This document shows, piece after piece, positions 42,779 to 52,377 of a DNA stretch of 64,000 nucleotides. The DNA lies in contig CAVZYC010000002.1 of assembly GCA_963779395.1 (NCBI GenBank), positions 331,651 to 395,650 on the forward strand. Reading direction: 5' to 3'. Origin of the DNA: Candidatus Acidiferrales bacterium. Its GTDB lineage: Bacteria; Acidobacteriota; Terriglobia; Acidiferrales; UBA7541. The position numbers were made by a program, and so were the translations under genes. The notes under the pieces are model-generated. The model made no database searches. It was not told the origin of the DNA and was given only the letters and a program-made list of their open reading frames with translations. How positions within the stretch are numbered: position 1 is the first letter of the stretch; every line of letters begins with the position of its first letter.

Positions 42779-43006
42779 CGTGAGCCTCCAGAATATGAGA
42801 ATTGTTTTTTCTAATGCAACTGATCCGGCGGGTGACCCAACTGCCAGTGGTAGGAGCGTTTTCCCTTGCGTGGGGCTTCGTCCCGCCAAGCATATCACCC
42901 TCATAACGCAAGAAACCTTAATGTTGTGTTGAACGACGCAGCGGACAGCGCCTATTCAGTCGTAAGTTTTGGCGGGCGGCCCGGTCATAAACCCTTGAAC
43001 GATTTT

Positions 43007-43431
43007 GGGTGCCCCACACGTCGGTTTTACGTGTGGGGCTTTTGACTTTATCTTGCGTGTCCTCATCGCCAACCCACCGCATCAATCATCACAAGACCGG
43101 CTTCTCCCTATCTATAGAAAGAAAAGCTGCTCAAGGCCAGTCATTGCGACGTTGAGTCTGCCCAACCTTCGCGATCTGACTTCGCTACTTAATACCCAGG
43201 CTCCCCCGAAGAAACGCCACCAAGCGTCACCGAATCATTCGCCTCTTTCTCGTCTCACGCCATATAGCCTCTCCCATCCTTGGCCGCAGGATCGAGATAG
43301 CTCACCGACGGCGCATCGCGATTGAATCCATGCGTCGCCCCAGCGTATTCCACCGTCGTCACTTCAAAATTGTATTTCTTGCCAAGCGTCTCATTGGCTC
43401 TGGCGCGGTTTTCCCATCGCCGGAAATATCT
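43007..43431. repeat. Direct repeat copy 2
   Basis: Diverged copy of 41798-42185 with indels. Confidence 0.88.
43185..43431 (-). pseudogene. Frameshifted 3' remnant of a dienelactone hydrolase paralog
   Basis: Reads GDGKTAPE then, after frameshifts, sequence matching FEVTTVEYAGATHGFNR. No 5' part is present. Confidence 0.82.
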
Positions 43432-43558
43432 TGAATAGCCATCCCCTCACGATCTGGAATGGTGAGGAAGATTCTACGATCCACCGTGGCCCGCACAGAC
43501 AGACCGGACCTAAGCTTTGACCTCAACAGCGGCACCAAGGCGCCGCACATAAAAATGT

Positions 43559-45001
43559 TCAGCTATTGAACTGCTCCAGCGAAGCGATTCCTTCCGCGGC
43601 CGGCGCTGCAAATTCCGCGCGCTCCGTTCCGGCGGCCCGCCGGAAACACACATACACCACGGCAGCATGCGTCAAATACCCAGAAGCCAGGCTCGCGGCT
43701 GCTCCAGCAAGTCCCCAGAGCGGTATGAAAAGAAATGCGGTCTGTACGGAAACGATTGCGCCAATCCGCGTAGCCAGATGATCGAAATCAGGTTTCTGCG
43801 ACGCTCGCAACGCCATGGAATAGCCACAGCCCAGTCCCGCCGCCAGCGGCACAGCCAGAAGCCACGGCATCATCCACGCCGCGGCAGCAAATTTGCCACC
43901 AAACAAAATGTGCTCCAACGGCGCTGCTGTAAAGTAAAGAATGGCAGCGACAATCAGCGAGGCCCCGCCAAAGCTCAGGCTCACACGTTGCGCAAGCTTC
44001 CGCATCCGTTCCCGGTTCCCCAGAAACGATTCGCGCACAAACTCCGGCAATAGCAACAATCCGGCGGCGCTCGCGCATTGCAACATCAACAGCGCCGGAA
44101 TCTGCATGGCGTACAATTTCGCCGCTCCGCCCAGCCCCAAAAACAGCGGCGCAAGCACGATGGCCGATTGCCCCATCGCCCCCGAAGCAAACCCGCCCCC
44201 TACGAGCGAACGGCCATAGCGCCAATTCTCCGCCGCCGTGGACATCCACGAAACACCGCACTCGCGCGATTCGTCCAGTCCAATCTGCAATTTGTGAAAC
44301 AGCAGCAGCGCCGCGCACAAACAACTGAATCCGAGCACCAGGAAAATGAGCAAAGGCGTGAGCTTGTGCCGCGCCTGCAGTGCAATCAATCCGATAAAAA
44401 GCAGGCCTGCATTGCAGAGGCTCCCAGTTAACGCCGCTGCGGGACGCTGCACAATGTGGCACAAACGCCGCGCGAATCGCAGCAGAAGGATAAAGGGCAA
44501 AGCAAGCCCAGCGCCAACAAAGCCGCCCGCCAGATAACTGCCGTGAGTAAAGGGAGCGACCAGCGCACCCGCAACAAGCAGCGGCAGAGCCAGCACAGCA
44601 CTGAATGCCAAGTGCACCCAGATTTGTGCCTCAAAATAATCCGCGACGTCTTCCGTATCCGTAGCCAGACACAAGACGCTCATCGGCTTCAGCACCAGCG
44701 CGTTGTGGAAAGCTGCAAGCATCAGGAACAATCCAAATGTCAGAACCAACCCCGCATACTCCTCCGCGACCAGCCACCGCGCGAGAAACACGTTGGCCAC
44801 AATCCCCGCAACGACCATCGCTCCTTGATCCGCCAGCGAAATGATGGACCAACCGCTGCTCCAAATCTTCCATCGCGATTCACTTTGCGCGGGTGTAACT
44901 CGCACAGCCGCGATTCGCGCTGGCGCTGCGGTTTGTGGCTTGACGGCAATCATTCCCATTGTCTGGCGATCCTTCCAAAAAAATCCGGCATTCTCTTGCA
45001 A
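43559..45001 (-). CDS. Wzx-like polysaccharide flippase
   Basis: 12-14 TM helices, SLADQG...NVFLARWL N-terminal pattern; next to sugar biosynthesis genes. Confidence 0.75.
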   Translation of the reverse strand: MQENAGFFWKDRQTMGMIAVKPQTAAPARIAAVRVTPAQSESRWKIWSSGWSIISLADQGAMVVAGIVANVFLARWLVAEEYAGLVLTFGLFLMLAAFHNALVLKPMSVLCLATDTEDVADYFEAQIWVHLAFSAVLALPLLVAGALVAPFTHGSYLAGGFVGAGLALPFILLLRFARRLCHIVQRPAAALTGSLCNAGLLFIGLIALQARHKLTPLLIFLVLGFSCLCAALLLFHKLQIGLDESRECGVSWMSTAAENWRYGRSLVGGGFASGAMGQSAIVLAPLFLGLGGAAKLYAMQIPALLMLQCASAAGLLLLPEFVRESFLGNRERMRKLAQRVSLSFGGASLIVAAILYFTAAPLEHILFGGKFAAAAWMMPWLLAVPLAAGLGCGYSMALRASQKPDFDHLATRIGAIVSVQTAFLFIPLWGLAGAAASLASGYLTHAAVVYVCFRRAAGTERAEFAAPAAEGIASLEQFNS

Positions 45002-45328
45002 AGGAAACCTGCCAGTTCAACGAGCAATTTCCTCTCCAATGCGCGATTGCACAGCCTTCCCTCTGCTCCTCGTTTTCAAGCCTATTTCTGCGGAGATACG
45101 CGCGTTTCCCCAAAACCAAAAACGAAATCGCCGATTCGCAAAGACTCAAAGTGGAACATCCGCCCCTGCAAGTCCCAAATCGGGAAGCCCCTCGCCTCAC
45201 CAAAACGCAATCCGCGCACCCGCTCACCTTGGCGCGTCTCCCCACATCTATGGCAAAGTAGAGTAAGAGTCACCGCTGCACAGGCTGTCTCACATTCCGC
45301 CTCTGCCGGCCGTGACGAATATTCTTCA

Positions 45329-46378
45329 ATGGACAATCCCTTCGCCGAGCGTTGTGTGTTGCTGACCGGAGCCGGCGGCTCCATCGGTTCCGCGCTGGCC
45401 AAGGCGCTCCTCGCATACGCTCCGCGCGCGCTCATCCTTCTGGATCACTCCGAAAGCCACCTCCATCAAATTGATTTCGATCTCAGCTCCCTACCCGGCG
45501 GCGAGATACGGGTTCCCGTTCTAGGAGATATCGGCGATCGCGCCCTGCTCGATGAACTATTTGAACAGCACAAACCAGAAATCGTGATTCACGCGGCCGC
45601 CTACAAACAGGTCCCGCTGCTCGAGCGCAATCCAATTCCCGCCGTGCAAAACAACGCCATCGCCACAAACCTCCTCGCACAACCGGCCCGCCGCAATAGC
45701 ACAGCCATGTTCGTCATGGTGTCCACCGATAAAGCGGTGAAGCCGCACAGCGTGATGGGCGCAAGCAAGCGTGTGGCAGAGCTAGCGTTGCTTCGTTGGA
45801 GCAGCGAGCAAAGTCCCGTGCGCGCCGTCCGTCTGGGAAATGTGTACGGTTCGCAAGGCAGCGTGGTCCCCGCATTCCTGCAACAAATTTCGCAGGCCGG
45901 CCCCGTAACGGTCACTGATCCTGCCGTGAATCGTTATTTTCTAAGTGTCGATGAAGCGGTCGAGCGCGTGCTCCTGGCGGCCAGCCTGCCGGGCCAAGGC
46001 GGCATCTTCATCCCTCATCTCGGCGAACCAGTGCGCATTCTCGATCTGGCCCACCAACTCATCGAGGAAGCTGGTTATCAGCCGGGAAACGAAATCCCCA
46101 TTGTGATGACCGGCCTGCGCCCTGGCGACAAAATGGCCGAACAACTTGTTTCCGACCTCGAATGGGTTGACCCCGCCGACAACGGAACGTTGCGTCAGGT
46201 CAAGACTCCCCATCCGTCGCCGGATCAATTCGATTCCGCAATTGCAACTCTGACAGACGCCGCCGCGCGCCGCGATGTTGCAGGCGTGCTCGAAATCTTG
46301 CGTCACCTCGTACCCGAATATCTTCCGAGTGCGGAGGTTCTTGCCTGCGCCAACGCACCCCAGCCGAGCGCCTCATGA
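45329..46378 (+). CDS. CapD/PglF-type UDP-GlcNAc 4,6-dehydratase (soluble catalytic domain only)
   Basis: LTGAGGSIGS, HAAAYKQVP, STDKAV, MGASKR, VRLGNV.GSQGSVVP. Start at ATG 45329; the track's 5' extension is a shadow of wzx. Confidence 0.9.
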   Translation: MDNPFAERCVLLTGAGGSIGSALAKALLAYAPRALILLDHSESHLHQIDFDLSSLPGGEIRVPVLGDIGDRALLDELFEQHKPEIVIHAAAYKQVPLLERNPIPAVQNNAIATNLLAQPARRNSTAMFVMVSTDKAVKPHSVMGASKRVAELALLRWSSEQSPVRAVRLGNVYGSQGSVVPAFLQQISQAGPVTVTDPAVNRYFLSVDEAVERVLLAASLPGQGGIFIPHLGEPVRILDLAHQLIEEAGYQPGNEIPIVMTGLRPGDKMAEQLVSDLEWVDPADNGTLRQVKTPHPSPDQFDSAIATLTDAAARRDVAGVLEILRHLVPEYLPSAEVLACANAPQPSAS

Positions 46379-47565
46379 AGCGGACCATCGCCGTTGTCAC
46401 ATCCTCGCGCGCCGACTACAGCCATCTCTATTGGCCCTTGCGCGATTTATCGCAAAACGATTCCGTGGATCTCAAAATCGTCGTAATGGGCCCGCACCTT
46501 TCGCCCGAGTTTGGCCACACCATTCAGGAAATCGAGAAAGACGGCTTTCGCATTGATGCGCGCGTCGAATGCCTACTCAGCTCCGATAGCGATGTTGGCA
46601 TGGCCAAGACGATTGGCGTTGCCGTCCTCAGTCTGGCCGACCTGTTTGGACGCCTGCGCCCGGATTTGCTTCTCGTAATCGCCGATCGCTACGAAATGCT
46701 GGCCCCCGCTTCCGTGGCCTTGGCCTTGCGTATTCCCATCGCGCATATCGAAGGCGGAGAAATCAGCGAAGGCGCGATTGACGATGCCGTGCGCAACTCC
46801 TTAACAATGATGAGCCACATTCATTTCACTTCCACCCATTCCGCGCGGCAAAGAGTTATCTCACTGGGCGAAGAAGAATGGCGCGTGCACCGCGCGGGAG
46901 CGCCCTCTCTCGATCATCTGCGGCGTCGAACTCTGTTCACTCGCGAAGAACTCGCATCGAAGTTGCACGCCGATTTTTCCGCGCCACCGCTGCTCGTCGC
47001 CTATCATCCCGTAACGCTGATGCGCGACACGCTCGCGGAATCGGATGCGCTCTTCGCCGCTCTGGAAGCCCTGCCCGACAACATCCTGTTTTGCTATCCG
47101 AATGCCGATGCCGGAAGCCGCGCCTTAATCGAACGCAGCAAATCCTTCCTGGCCTCTCGCGGCCGCGGCGCCATTTTTACAAACCTCGACGCCATCACCT
47201 ATTGGAGTCTGTTGCGTCAAGTCAAAATGCTAATCGGGAATTCCAGCAGCGGCATCATGGAAACGGCATCCTTCCAACTTCCCACCGTGAATATCGGCAT
47301 ACGGCAACAGGGCCGCGAACGCGCCAGGAATGTTTTAGACGCCGCCGCGGAAAAAGCCGCCATCCTGAAAGCCATCGAAATCGCAGCCTCCCCCGAATTC
47401 CGCCAATCGCTAGCGGGCATGACGAACCCCTATGGCAACGGCCACGCCTCCGAAAAAATTGTCGAAGTGCTGACCACCGTGCCGCTGACGCCAGATTTGC
47501 TGCTGAAACGTCACTCCCCGCTCATCAACGCCAATGATCGCACCGCCAAATCAAGTGCCCGATGA
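46375..47565 (+). CDS. neuC: UDP-N-acetylglucosamine 2-epimerase (hydrolysing), NeuC/LegG-type
   Basis: TSSRADY, ADRYEML, HIEGGE.SEGAIDD, YPNADAG, GNSSSG, NPYGNG. Confidence 0.92.
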   Translation: MKRTIAVVTSSRADYSHLYWPLRDLSQNDSVDLKIVVMGPHLSPEFGHTIQEIEKDGFRIDARVECLLSSDSDVGMAKTIGVAVLSLADLFGRLRPDLLLVIADRYEMLAPASVALALRIPIAHIEGGEISEGAIDDAVRNSLTMMSHIHFTSTHSARQRVISLGEEEWRVHRAGAPSLDHLRRRTLFTREELASKLHADFSAPPLLVAYHPVTLMRDTLAESDALFAALEALPDNILFCYPNADAGSRALIERSKSFLASRGRGAIFTNLDAITYWSLLRQVKMLIGNSSSGIMETASFQLPTVNIGIRQQGRERARNVLDAAAEKAAILKAIEIAASPEFRQSLAGMTNPYGNGHASEKIVEVLTTVPLTPDLLLKRHSPLINANDRTAKSSAR

Positions 47566-48749
47566 AAATCCCCCTCTCCGCTCCAGACATAAATCAAGAT
47601 GACATCGCTGCCGTTGAAGCAGTTCTGCGCACCCCGCACCTGAGCCTGGGTCCGAAGCTTGCGCACTTTGAAAATGCCGTCGCCAGTTACATCGGCGCGC
47701 CTCACGCCATTGCTGTGAGTTCGGGCACAGCCGGCCTCCATCTCTGCATCCGCGCACTGGGCATCGGCGAAGGCGACGAAGTGATTGTGCCTTCCTTCAC
47801 CTTCATCGCCGTGGCCAATGCCGTGGCCTACGAAAAAGCCATTCCCGTTTTCGTTGATATCGAGCCGGAAACGCTGAATCTCAACCCGTCGCGCATCGAA
47901 GCGGCCATCACGCCCAGAACCAAAGCGATTCTAGTCGTCCACACTTTCGGCTGCCCCGCCGATTTGCCCGCCATCATGGAGATCGCTCGCCGTCATCAAC
48001 TCCGCGTAATCGAAGATGCCTGCGAATCCATCGGTGCGGAATTCGATGGCCGAAAAGTTGGCGCCTGGGGCGATCTGGGAGTCTTCGCGTTCTACCCAAA
48101 CAAGCAAATCACCACCGGCGAAGGCGGAATGGTGGTCACGCACGATCCCCAAATCGCTTCCACAATTCGCGCGCTTCGCAATCAGGGCCGCACCAACACC
48201 AACGACTGGTTTCAACATTCCGAAATTGGCTACAACTATCGCCTGCCAGAAATGAGCTGCGCGCTGGGCATCAGCCAACTGAAACGAATCGATGCGATCC
48301 TGCAGCGCCGCCAGGAAATCGCAGCAAAATATCACAACAAACTAAAATGTATCGCAGGCCTCAAGCTTCCGCCATTGGAAGTGCCACGCCGCAAATTAAG
48401 CTGGTTCGTTTACGTGGCTCGCCTTGGCGAAAAATTTTCGCAAATCCATCGCGACTGGATCGTAAGCGAAATGCACCGCCGCGGAATCCCTTGTGCCCGG
48501 TATTTCGCGCCCATCCATCTGCAACCAGCCTATCGCTCCACTCCTAAGTCGCAAACGCATTTGCCCGTAACAGAATCCGAAGCGTCTCGCTGTTTAGCCC
48601 TGCCGTTTTTCAATCGCTTGGAAGATAACCAAATCAACGAAGTCTGTGAAAATCTAGGCGAGCTTCTTCAACTGACGGCCAACAAATCAACACAAGAACT
48701 ATCGCCAAATCTCCCGCCAGATGTCCTGGCGCAAAATTCCCCGGATTGA
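47562..48749 (+). CDS. DegT/DnrJ/EryC1/StrS PLP aminotransferase
   Basis: SSGTAGLH, VIEDACE, FYPNKQITTGEGG, GYNYR. Confidence 0.94.
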   Translation: MKIPLSAPDINQDDIAAVEAVLRTPHLSLGPKLAHFENAVASYIGAPHAIAVSSGTAGLHLCIRALGIGEGDEVIVPSFTFIAVANAVAYEKAIPVFVDIEPETLNLNPSRIEAAITPRTKAILVVHTFGCPADLPAIMEIARRHQLRVIEDACESIGAEFDGRKVGAWGDLGVFAFYPNKQITTGEGGMVVTHDPQIASTIRALRNQGRTNTNDWFQHSEIGYNYRLPEMSCALGISQLKRIDAILQRRQEIAAKYHNKLKCIAGLKLPPLEVPRRKLSWFVYVARLGEKFSQIHRDWIVSEMHRRGIPCARYFAPIHLQPAYRSTPKSQTHLPVTESEASRCLALPFFNRLEDNQINEVCENLGELLQLTANKSTQELSPNLPPDVLAQNSPD

Positions 48750-48781
48750 AAAATGGCGGATGAGCCTGTAAGCCGGATTCT
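48746..48781 (-). repeat. Displaced copy of the rnpB 3' end (att site)
   Basis: TTGAAAAATGGCGGATGAGCCTGTAAGCCGGATTCT versus 52368-52403; 20-bp identical core GAGCCTGTAAGCCGGATTCT. Confidence 0.88.
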
Positions 48782-49004
48782 TTGGGCTGTTCTTTGCTTT
48801 CAATAAGTTGCGTAAAATCAATAAACAAAGACTGGCAAAGAAGTCAGTTCTGGCAGCTAAAACAGGTTTCATGGCACAGTTATGTCACAGTTTTCTACCG
48901 GAATTCTTGACGTTGGTTCAATGATTACAAGCGCGTTTATGGGGACCAATCCTGAAAACGAAGCACAACCCAAGGTCAATGAGTGCATTGCTCTCAATGG
49001 GCCA

Positions 49005-49211
49005 TCAGGCCGCCCATTCATCGAATCGGCGCATAATCTCCATGAGCTTGCATCCCATCAGAATGACAGAGCCCCACAATATGAAGGGAACGCCATAGAG
49101 TAGGAGATGCTTGCGCGAACGGGCTAACTCAAACACTCCTACCTTCACGATGGCGTATGTATTCGCTGCTAGATAAGCAACCGCCAAAGAGCTCACTACT
49201 AGGTTGTGCAT
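49005..49211 (-). CDS. Possible small two-TM protein
   Basis: Two hydrophobic stretches; no recognised family. Confidence 0.3.
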   Translation of the reverse strand: MHNLVVSSLAVAYLAANTYAIVKVGVFELARSRKHLLLYGVPFILWGSVILMGCKLMEIMRRFDEWAA

Positions 49212-49288
49212 CTTCTTAGTCCTCCTTTTACCGGCCTGCATCTCCGCGCCGATACTCTTCGGTTAGCTCATCAAGCGAGGTCCACACC

Positions 49289-50035
49289 TTAGAGTTGAGA
49301 CCATCCTCCGTCTACCGGAAGCTCGGCGCCGGTCGTGAAGGTTGCGTCGAACGCGAGGAAGAGGACGGCCTTCGCGATTTCCTCCGACGTCCCCCAGCGC
49401 TTCATGGGAACCATGCCGATCATCTTCTCTCTAAGCTGGGCGGCCGCGTATTTCTCGGGGAACATCTTGCCCAAGATCGGCGTGTCGATGGGGCCGGGCG
49501 TCACCGCGTTGACTCGAATCTCGCGAGGAAGCAGCTCGGCGGCGAGCACCCGGGCGAATGATCGCAGCGCAGCCTTGGCGGCTCCGTATGCGGCGTTGCC
49601 GGGCATTCCCTTGACGTTGGCGATCGAGGTCGTGAGGACGACAGAGCCTCCCCGGTTTATTAACGGCGTGAGCTTCTGCACCGCGAAAAGCGGTCCCTTG
49701 GCGTTCAGGTTGAACATCTCGTCGTAGACAGCCTCGGTGATGCTCTCGAGAGGCGCTCGGATGCTGAACCCGGCGTTGACGAAGAGCAGGTCGAAGGTGT
49801 CGAACTCGGCCTTCACCCGAGAGGCCAGGGCGTCGAGGTCCGTCAACGAGCGCGCGTCGCTCGAAACCACGAGGGCGCCCTTCCCAAGCTCTTTCTTGGC
49901 CGAATCCAGGCCTGCCTGCGACCGACCCGTCACCAGAACACGTGCACCCCCATCGAGGAGCATCTTCGCCGTCGCGAGCCCCATGCCGCTCGTGCCGCCG
50001 ATAATCACCACCTTTTTATCTTGGTACCGTTCCAT
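49289..50035 (-). CDS. Short-chain dehydrogenase/reductase
   Basis: IGGTSGMG, FVNAG, YGAAK, RVNAVTPGPIDT. Confidence 0.95.
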   Translation of the reverse strand: MERYQDKKVVIIGGTSGMGLATAKMLLDGGARVLVTGRSQAGLDSAKKELGKGALVVSSDARSLTDLDALASRVKAEFDTFDLLFVNAGFSIRAPLESITEAVYDEMFNLNAKGPLFAVQKLTPLINRGGSVVLTTSIANVKGMPGNAAYGAAKAALRSFARVLAAELLPREIRVNAVTPGPIDTPILGKMFPEKYAAAQLREKMIGMVPMKRWGTSEEIAKAVLFLAFDATFTTGAELPVDGGWSQL

Positions 50036-50072
50036 ATGTATTCTCCTTGCGAGGTTAGGGTTGCTTTGCTGA

Positions 50073-50145
50073 TTTTGAACTGTTTGGTATGATAATCAGG
50101 TGCGGAGACTGCGGTCAAGGGATTTTTGAACTATTTATTTCAAAA
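50073..50145. promoter_or_regulatory. Two candidate TetR operators
   Basis: TTTTGAACTGTTTGGTATGATA and the palindrome TTTTGAACTATTTATTTCAAAA; homologous to 51278-51347. Confidence 0.6.
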
Positions 50146-50182
50146 TACCGTAAGACCCCGTGGACGACCGCGTAGCTCCGAA
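50135..50182 (+). pseudogene. 5' stub of a deleted tetR paralog
   Basis: Translates QNTVRPRGRPRS versus QNPPRPRGRPRS at the N-terminus of the intact TetR. Confidence 0.7.
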
Positions 50183-50234
50183 ATCGCATGCTGATTCTGG
50201 TCACCGCAACCATTTCGCCGCGACCGGCGCTCCT

Positions 50235-51209
50235 TCAGGACACCGCGCTTAAGGACGCTGTGGAAGACAAGTCGACGCCGGAGACCTTGACGACGGCCTG
50301 CCACGCGGCTTCCTGGCTGGCGCGATCGTGGAGGTGTGGCTGGCGCTGCACCTCAATTGGGCCTGAGAACTTCCCTTGAGCCGAGGCGAAGAATTGCCCT
50401 GAGACGTCGGTTCCGAACTCCGACGCCTGGAGGTACCGACGGGCCGCGGTCTCCGGCGTCTGATTCATGCCGGGAATGAGGTTCACGATTGGGATAAACA
50501 GATACTTCAACGCCGGGCCAGCGTTTCGCACCACCTTGGTGGCGGTCGCCCCACCGGGCGAGACAGCGTACACGGCCATGCCGGAGGGTAGCCGGCGCGC
50601 CAGCGCCGCGACCCACCAAGCGATAATGAGCTTCGCGTCGGCATACGCATTGTTGGGCACGTACTTCACGTTTGGCCCGTTGCGAATCAGGGCTTCGATA
50701 GCGGCGGTCCGGTCTCCCCGGAAGTATTTGGCCGCGAAGGCTGGCACGTCGGTGTAGCTGAACATCGGCACGCCCCCACGGGCAGGTTCCGCGCCGGCGA
50801 TGACAATCCGCGCGTTGGGGCTCAGCAGGTTGGCGCGGAGCAACCCGACAGTCAGTTGATGATGGCCGATCAGCGGGGCCTGAGCCTCCTCGATGCCCGC
50901 CGCAGTGAGCACGCGCTTCTTACCTGGGACCATCCCGGCATTGAGCAGTAGGAAATCGACCGGCCGACCTCGCTTGACCAGCTCGGCGAGGGCGGATTGA
51001 ACGCTGGACGGCGTGTCCAAATCCAGCTCCAGCGGCGTGAAGACCTGTGTCTTGGTCTCAGCCGCGAGCTGAGCGGCCGTTTCTTGGACCCGGGCCAGGC
51101 TGCGCCCGGTGACGATGACCTGGCGGTAGCCCTTGGTGGCGAGCATGCTGGCTGCCGCATAACCGAGCCCAGAGGTGGTGCCGGTGACGAGTGCGATCGA
51201 ATGTTCCAT
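50235..51209 (-). CDS. Short-chain dehydrogenase/reductase (retinol-dehydrogenase-like)
   Basis: VTGTTSGLG, LLNAG, YADAK, VSPG. Confidence 0.92.
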   Translation of the reverse strand: MEHSIALVTGTTSGLGYAAASMLATKGYRQVIVTGRSLARVQETAAQLAAETKTQVFTPLELDLDTPSSVQSALAELVKRGRPVDFLLLNAGMVPGKKRVLTAAGIEEAQAPLIGHHQLTVGLLRANLLSPNARIVIAGAEPARGGVPMFSYTDVPAFAAKYFRGDRTAAIEALIRNGPNVKYVPNNAYADAKLIIAWWVAALARRLPSGMAVYAVSPGGATATKVVRNAGPALKYLFIPIVNLIPGMNQTPETAARRYLQASEFGTDVSGQFFASAQGKFSGPIEVQRQPHLHDRASQEAAWQAVVKVSGVDLSSTASLSAVS

Positions 51210-51277
51210 GTGTGTCTCCTTGGTGAAGGGTGAAGATCGAGTCGCGAGGCCCCGCGAGGGCAGAGCCAGCTTGCTAA

Positions 51278-51347
51278 TTTCGAACTATTCAGTTATATAT
51301 TGGTGCGACGGCCATTGTAAAGGAGTTTTGAACTGAATGGTTCAGAA
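51278..51347. promoter_or_regulatory. Two candidate TetR operators in the divergent promoter
   Basis: TTTCGAACTATTCAGTTATA and TTTTGAACTGAATGGTTCAGAA; the second overlaps the tetR start codon. Confidence 0.65.
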
Positions 51348-51972
51348 TCCCCCTAGGCCGCGTGGACGGCCGCGCAGCTTCGACGAGACGGAGGCGCTGG
51401 AAAAGGCGACCCAGGTATTCTGGTCGAAAGGCTACGACGGCGTCACGATCGACGATCTCGTCGCCGGGATGGGCGTGGGAAGGCCGAGCCTGTATGCCGT
51501 CTTCGGCGACAAGCGGGCGATATTCTTGCGCGTCCTTAAGGCGTATGCAGAACGGAAGGGCGCAGCAGCCGCGAAGGCACTCCTCTCGCCACAGGCACTA
51601 CGCGACTCGATCGCGGACTTTCTGAGGTACGCCGTCGAAAGTGCGACCGAGAAAGGGTCCGCCCGGGGCTGCCTTATGATGTGCGTTGCGCCGATTGTGA
51701 ACGACGCTGAGGTCCAGCGGTTCCTGCAGAGCGCGGTCGCGGGCGGCGCGGCGCTGGTGGAGCGCCGTTTCCGGGACGGGATCAGCGCGGGAGACATCCC
51801 GCCTGACTTTCCGGTAGCCGTGCGCGCGATCCAAGTCACGGATTTTGCTCGTGCCCTGACCATGCGTGCGCAGATAGGCACGCCGCGCAAGACGCTCCTC
51901 AAAGAGGCTGAGGAAGCGGCCGACTTGGTCCTCCTGCCGCGCCTGAAGGCCATCGGCAAGCAGAAGCTATAA
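51337..51972 (+). CDS. TetR/AcrR family transcriptional regulator
   Basis: RGRPRSFD...FWSKGYDG...MGVGRPSLYAVFGDK HTH; divergent from an SDR. Confidence 0.95.
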   Translation: MVQNPPRPRGRPRSFDETEALEKATQVFWSKGYDGVTIDDLVAGMGVGRPSLYAVFGDKRAIFLRVLKAYAERKGAAAAKALLSPQALRDSIADFLRYAVESATEKGSARGCLMMCVAPIVNDAEVQRFLQSAVAGGAALVERRFRDGISAGDIPPDFPVAVRAIQVTDFARALTMRAQIGTPRKTLLKEAEEAADLVLLPRLKAIGKQKL

Positions 51973-52377
51973 CTTTCTCTCGCCGGCGCTTGAGCCGGGT
52001 CCTGGCCCTGGGTAATGGCCCCCTACGCGAAGTTCAAAGCACTTCAGGGCCAATCCTCTAAGAAATCTGCTCTCAACATAGTCTGGGGATGTTGAACTTC
52101 GGCGAGCCCCGCTCTAAAGGCTTCATAAAGATAGTGAGCACGCAAGCATTTGGAGATGACTATGTCACTCATCGAGCCCGGATTGGTATTGATATGTCGG
52201 CTTGTGGCCAGTGATCGACACAATCGAAGACTCAAACCGAACGTACATTCCTCAATAATTCGTCGACCAAGAGCACCGCACGCACATGAAACTTGATTCC
52301 GGATGCATCGGGCGCACCGCGCGTGCTGACGAACGCCGAGGCTAGACCAGGTTAGACGCTCAATTCATTGAAAAGAT

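Larger units (their letters stand above)
48782..52367. mobile_element. Small genomic island at the rnpB 3' end, no integrase
   Basis: Bounded by the rnpB 3'-end duplication. AT-rich left end with GGCACAG-ttat-GTCACAG direct repeat resembling integrase arm sites. Cargo is two SDRs and a TetR. Confidence 0.75.

Noticed and set aside
44456-45328. N-terminal 291 aa of the 640-aa ORF
   Set aside because: It is an antisense shadow of wzx plus intergenic DNA; dehydratase motifs begin at 45329.
48782-52367. Integrase or transposase remnant inside the island
   Set aside because: No tyrosine/serine recombinase or DDE motifs in the ORFs provided or in the end regions I read; 52044-52235 is unassignable.
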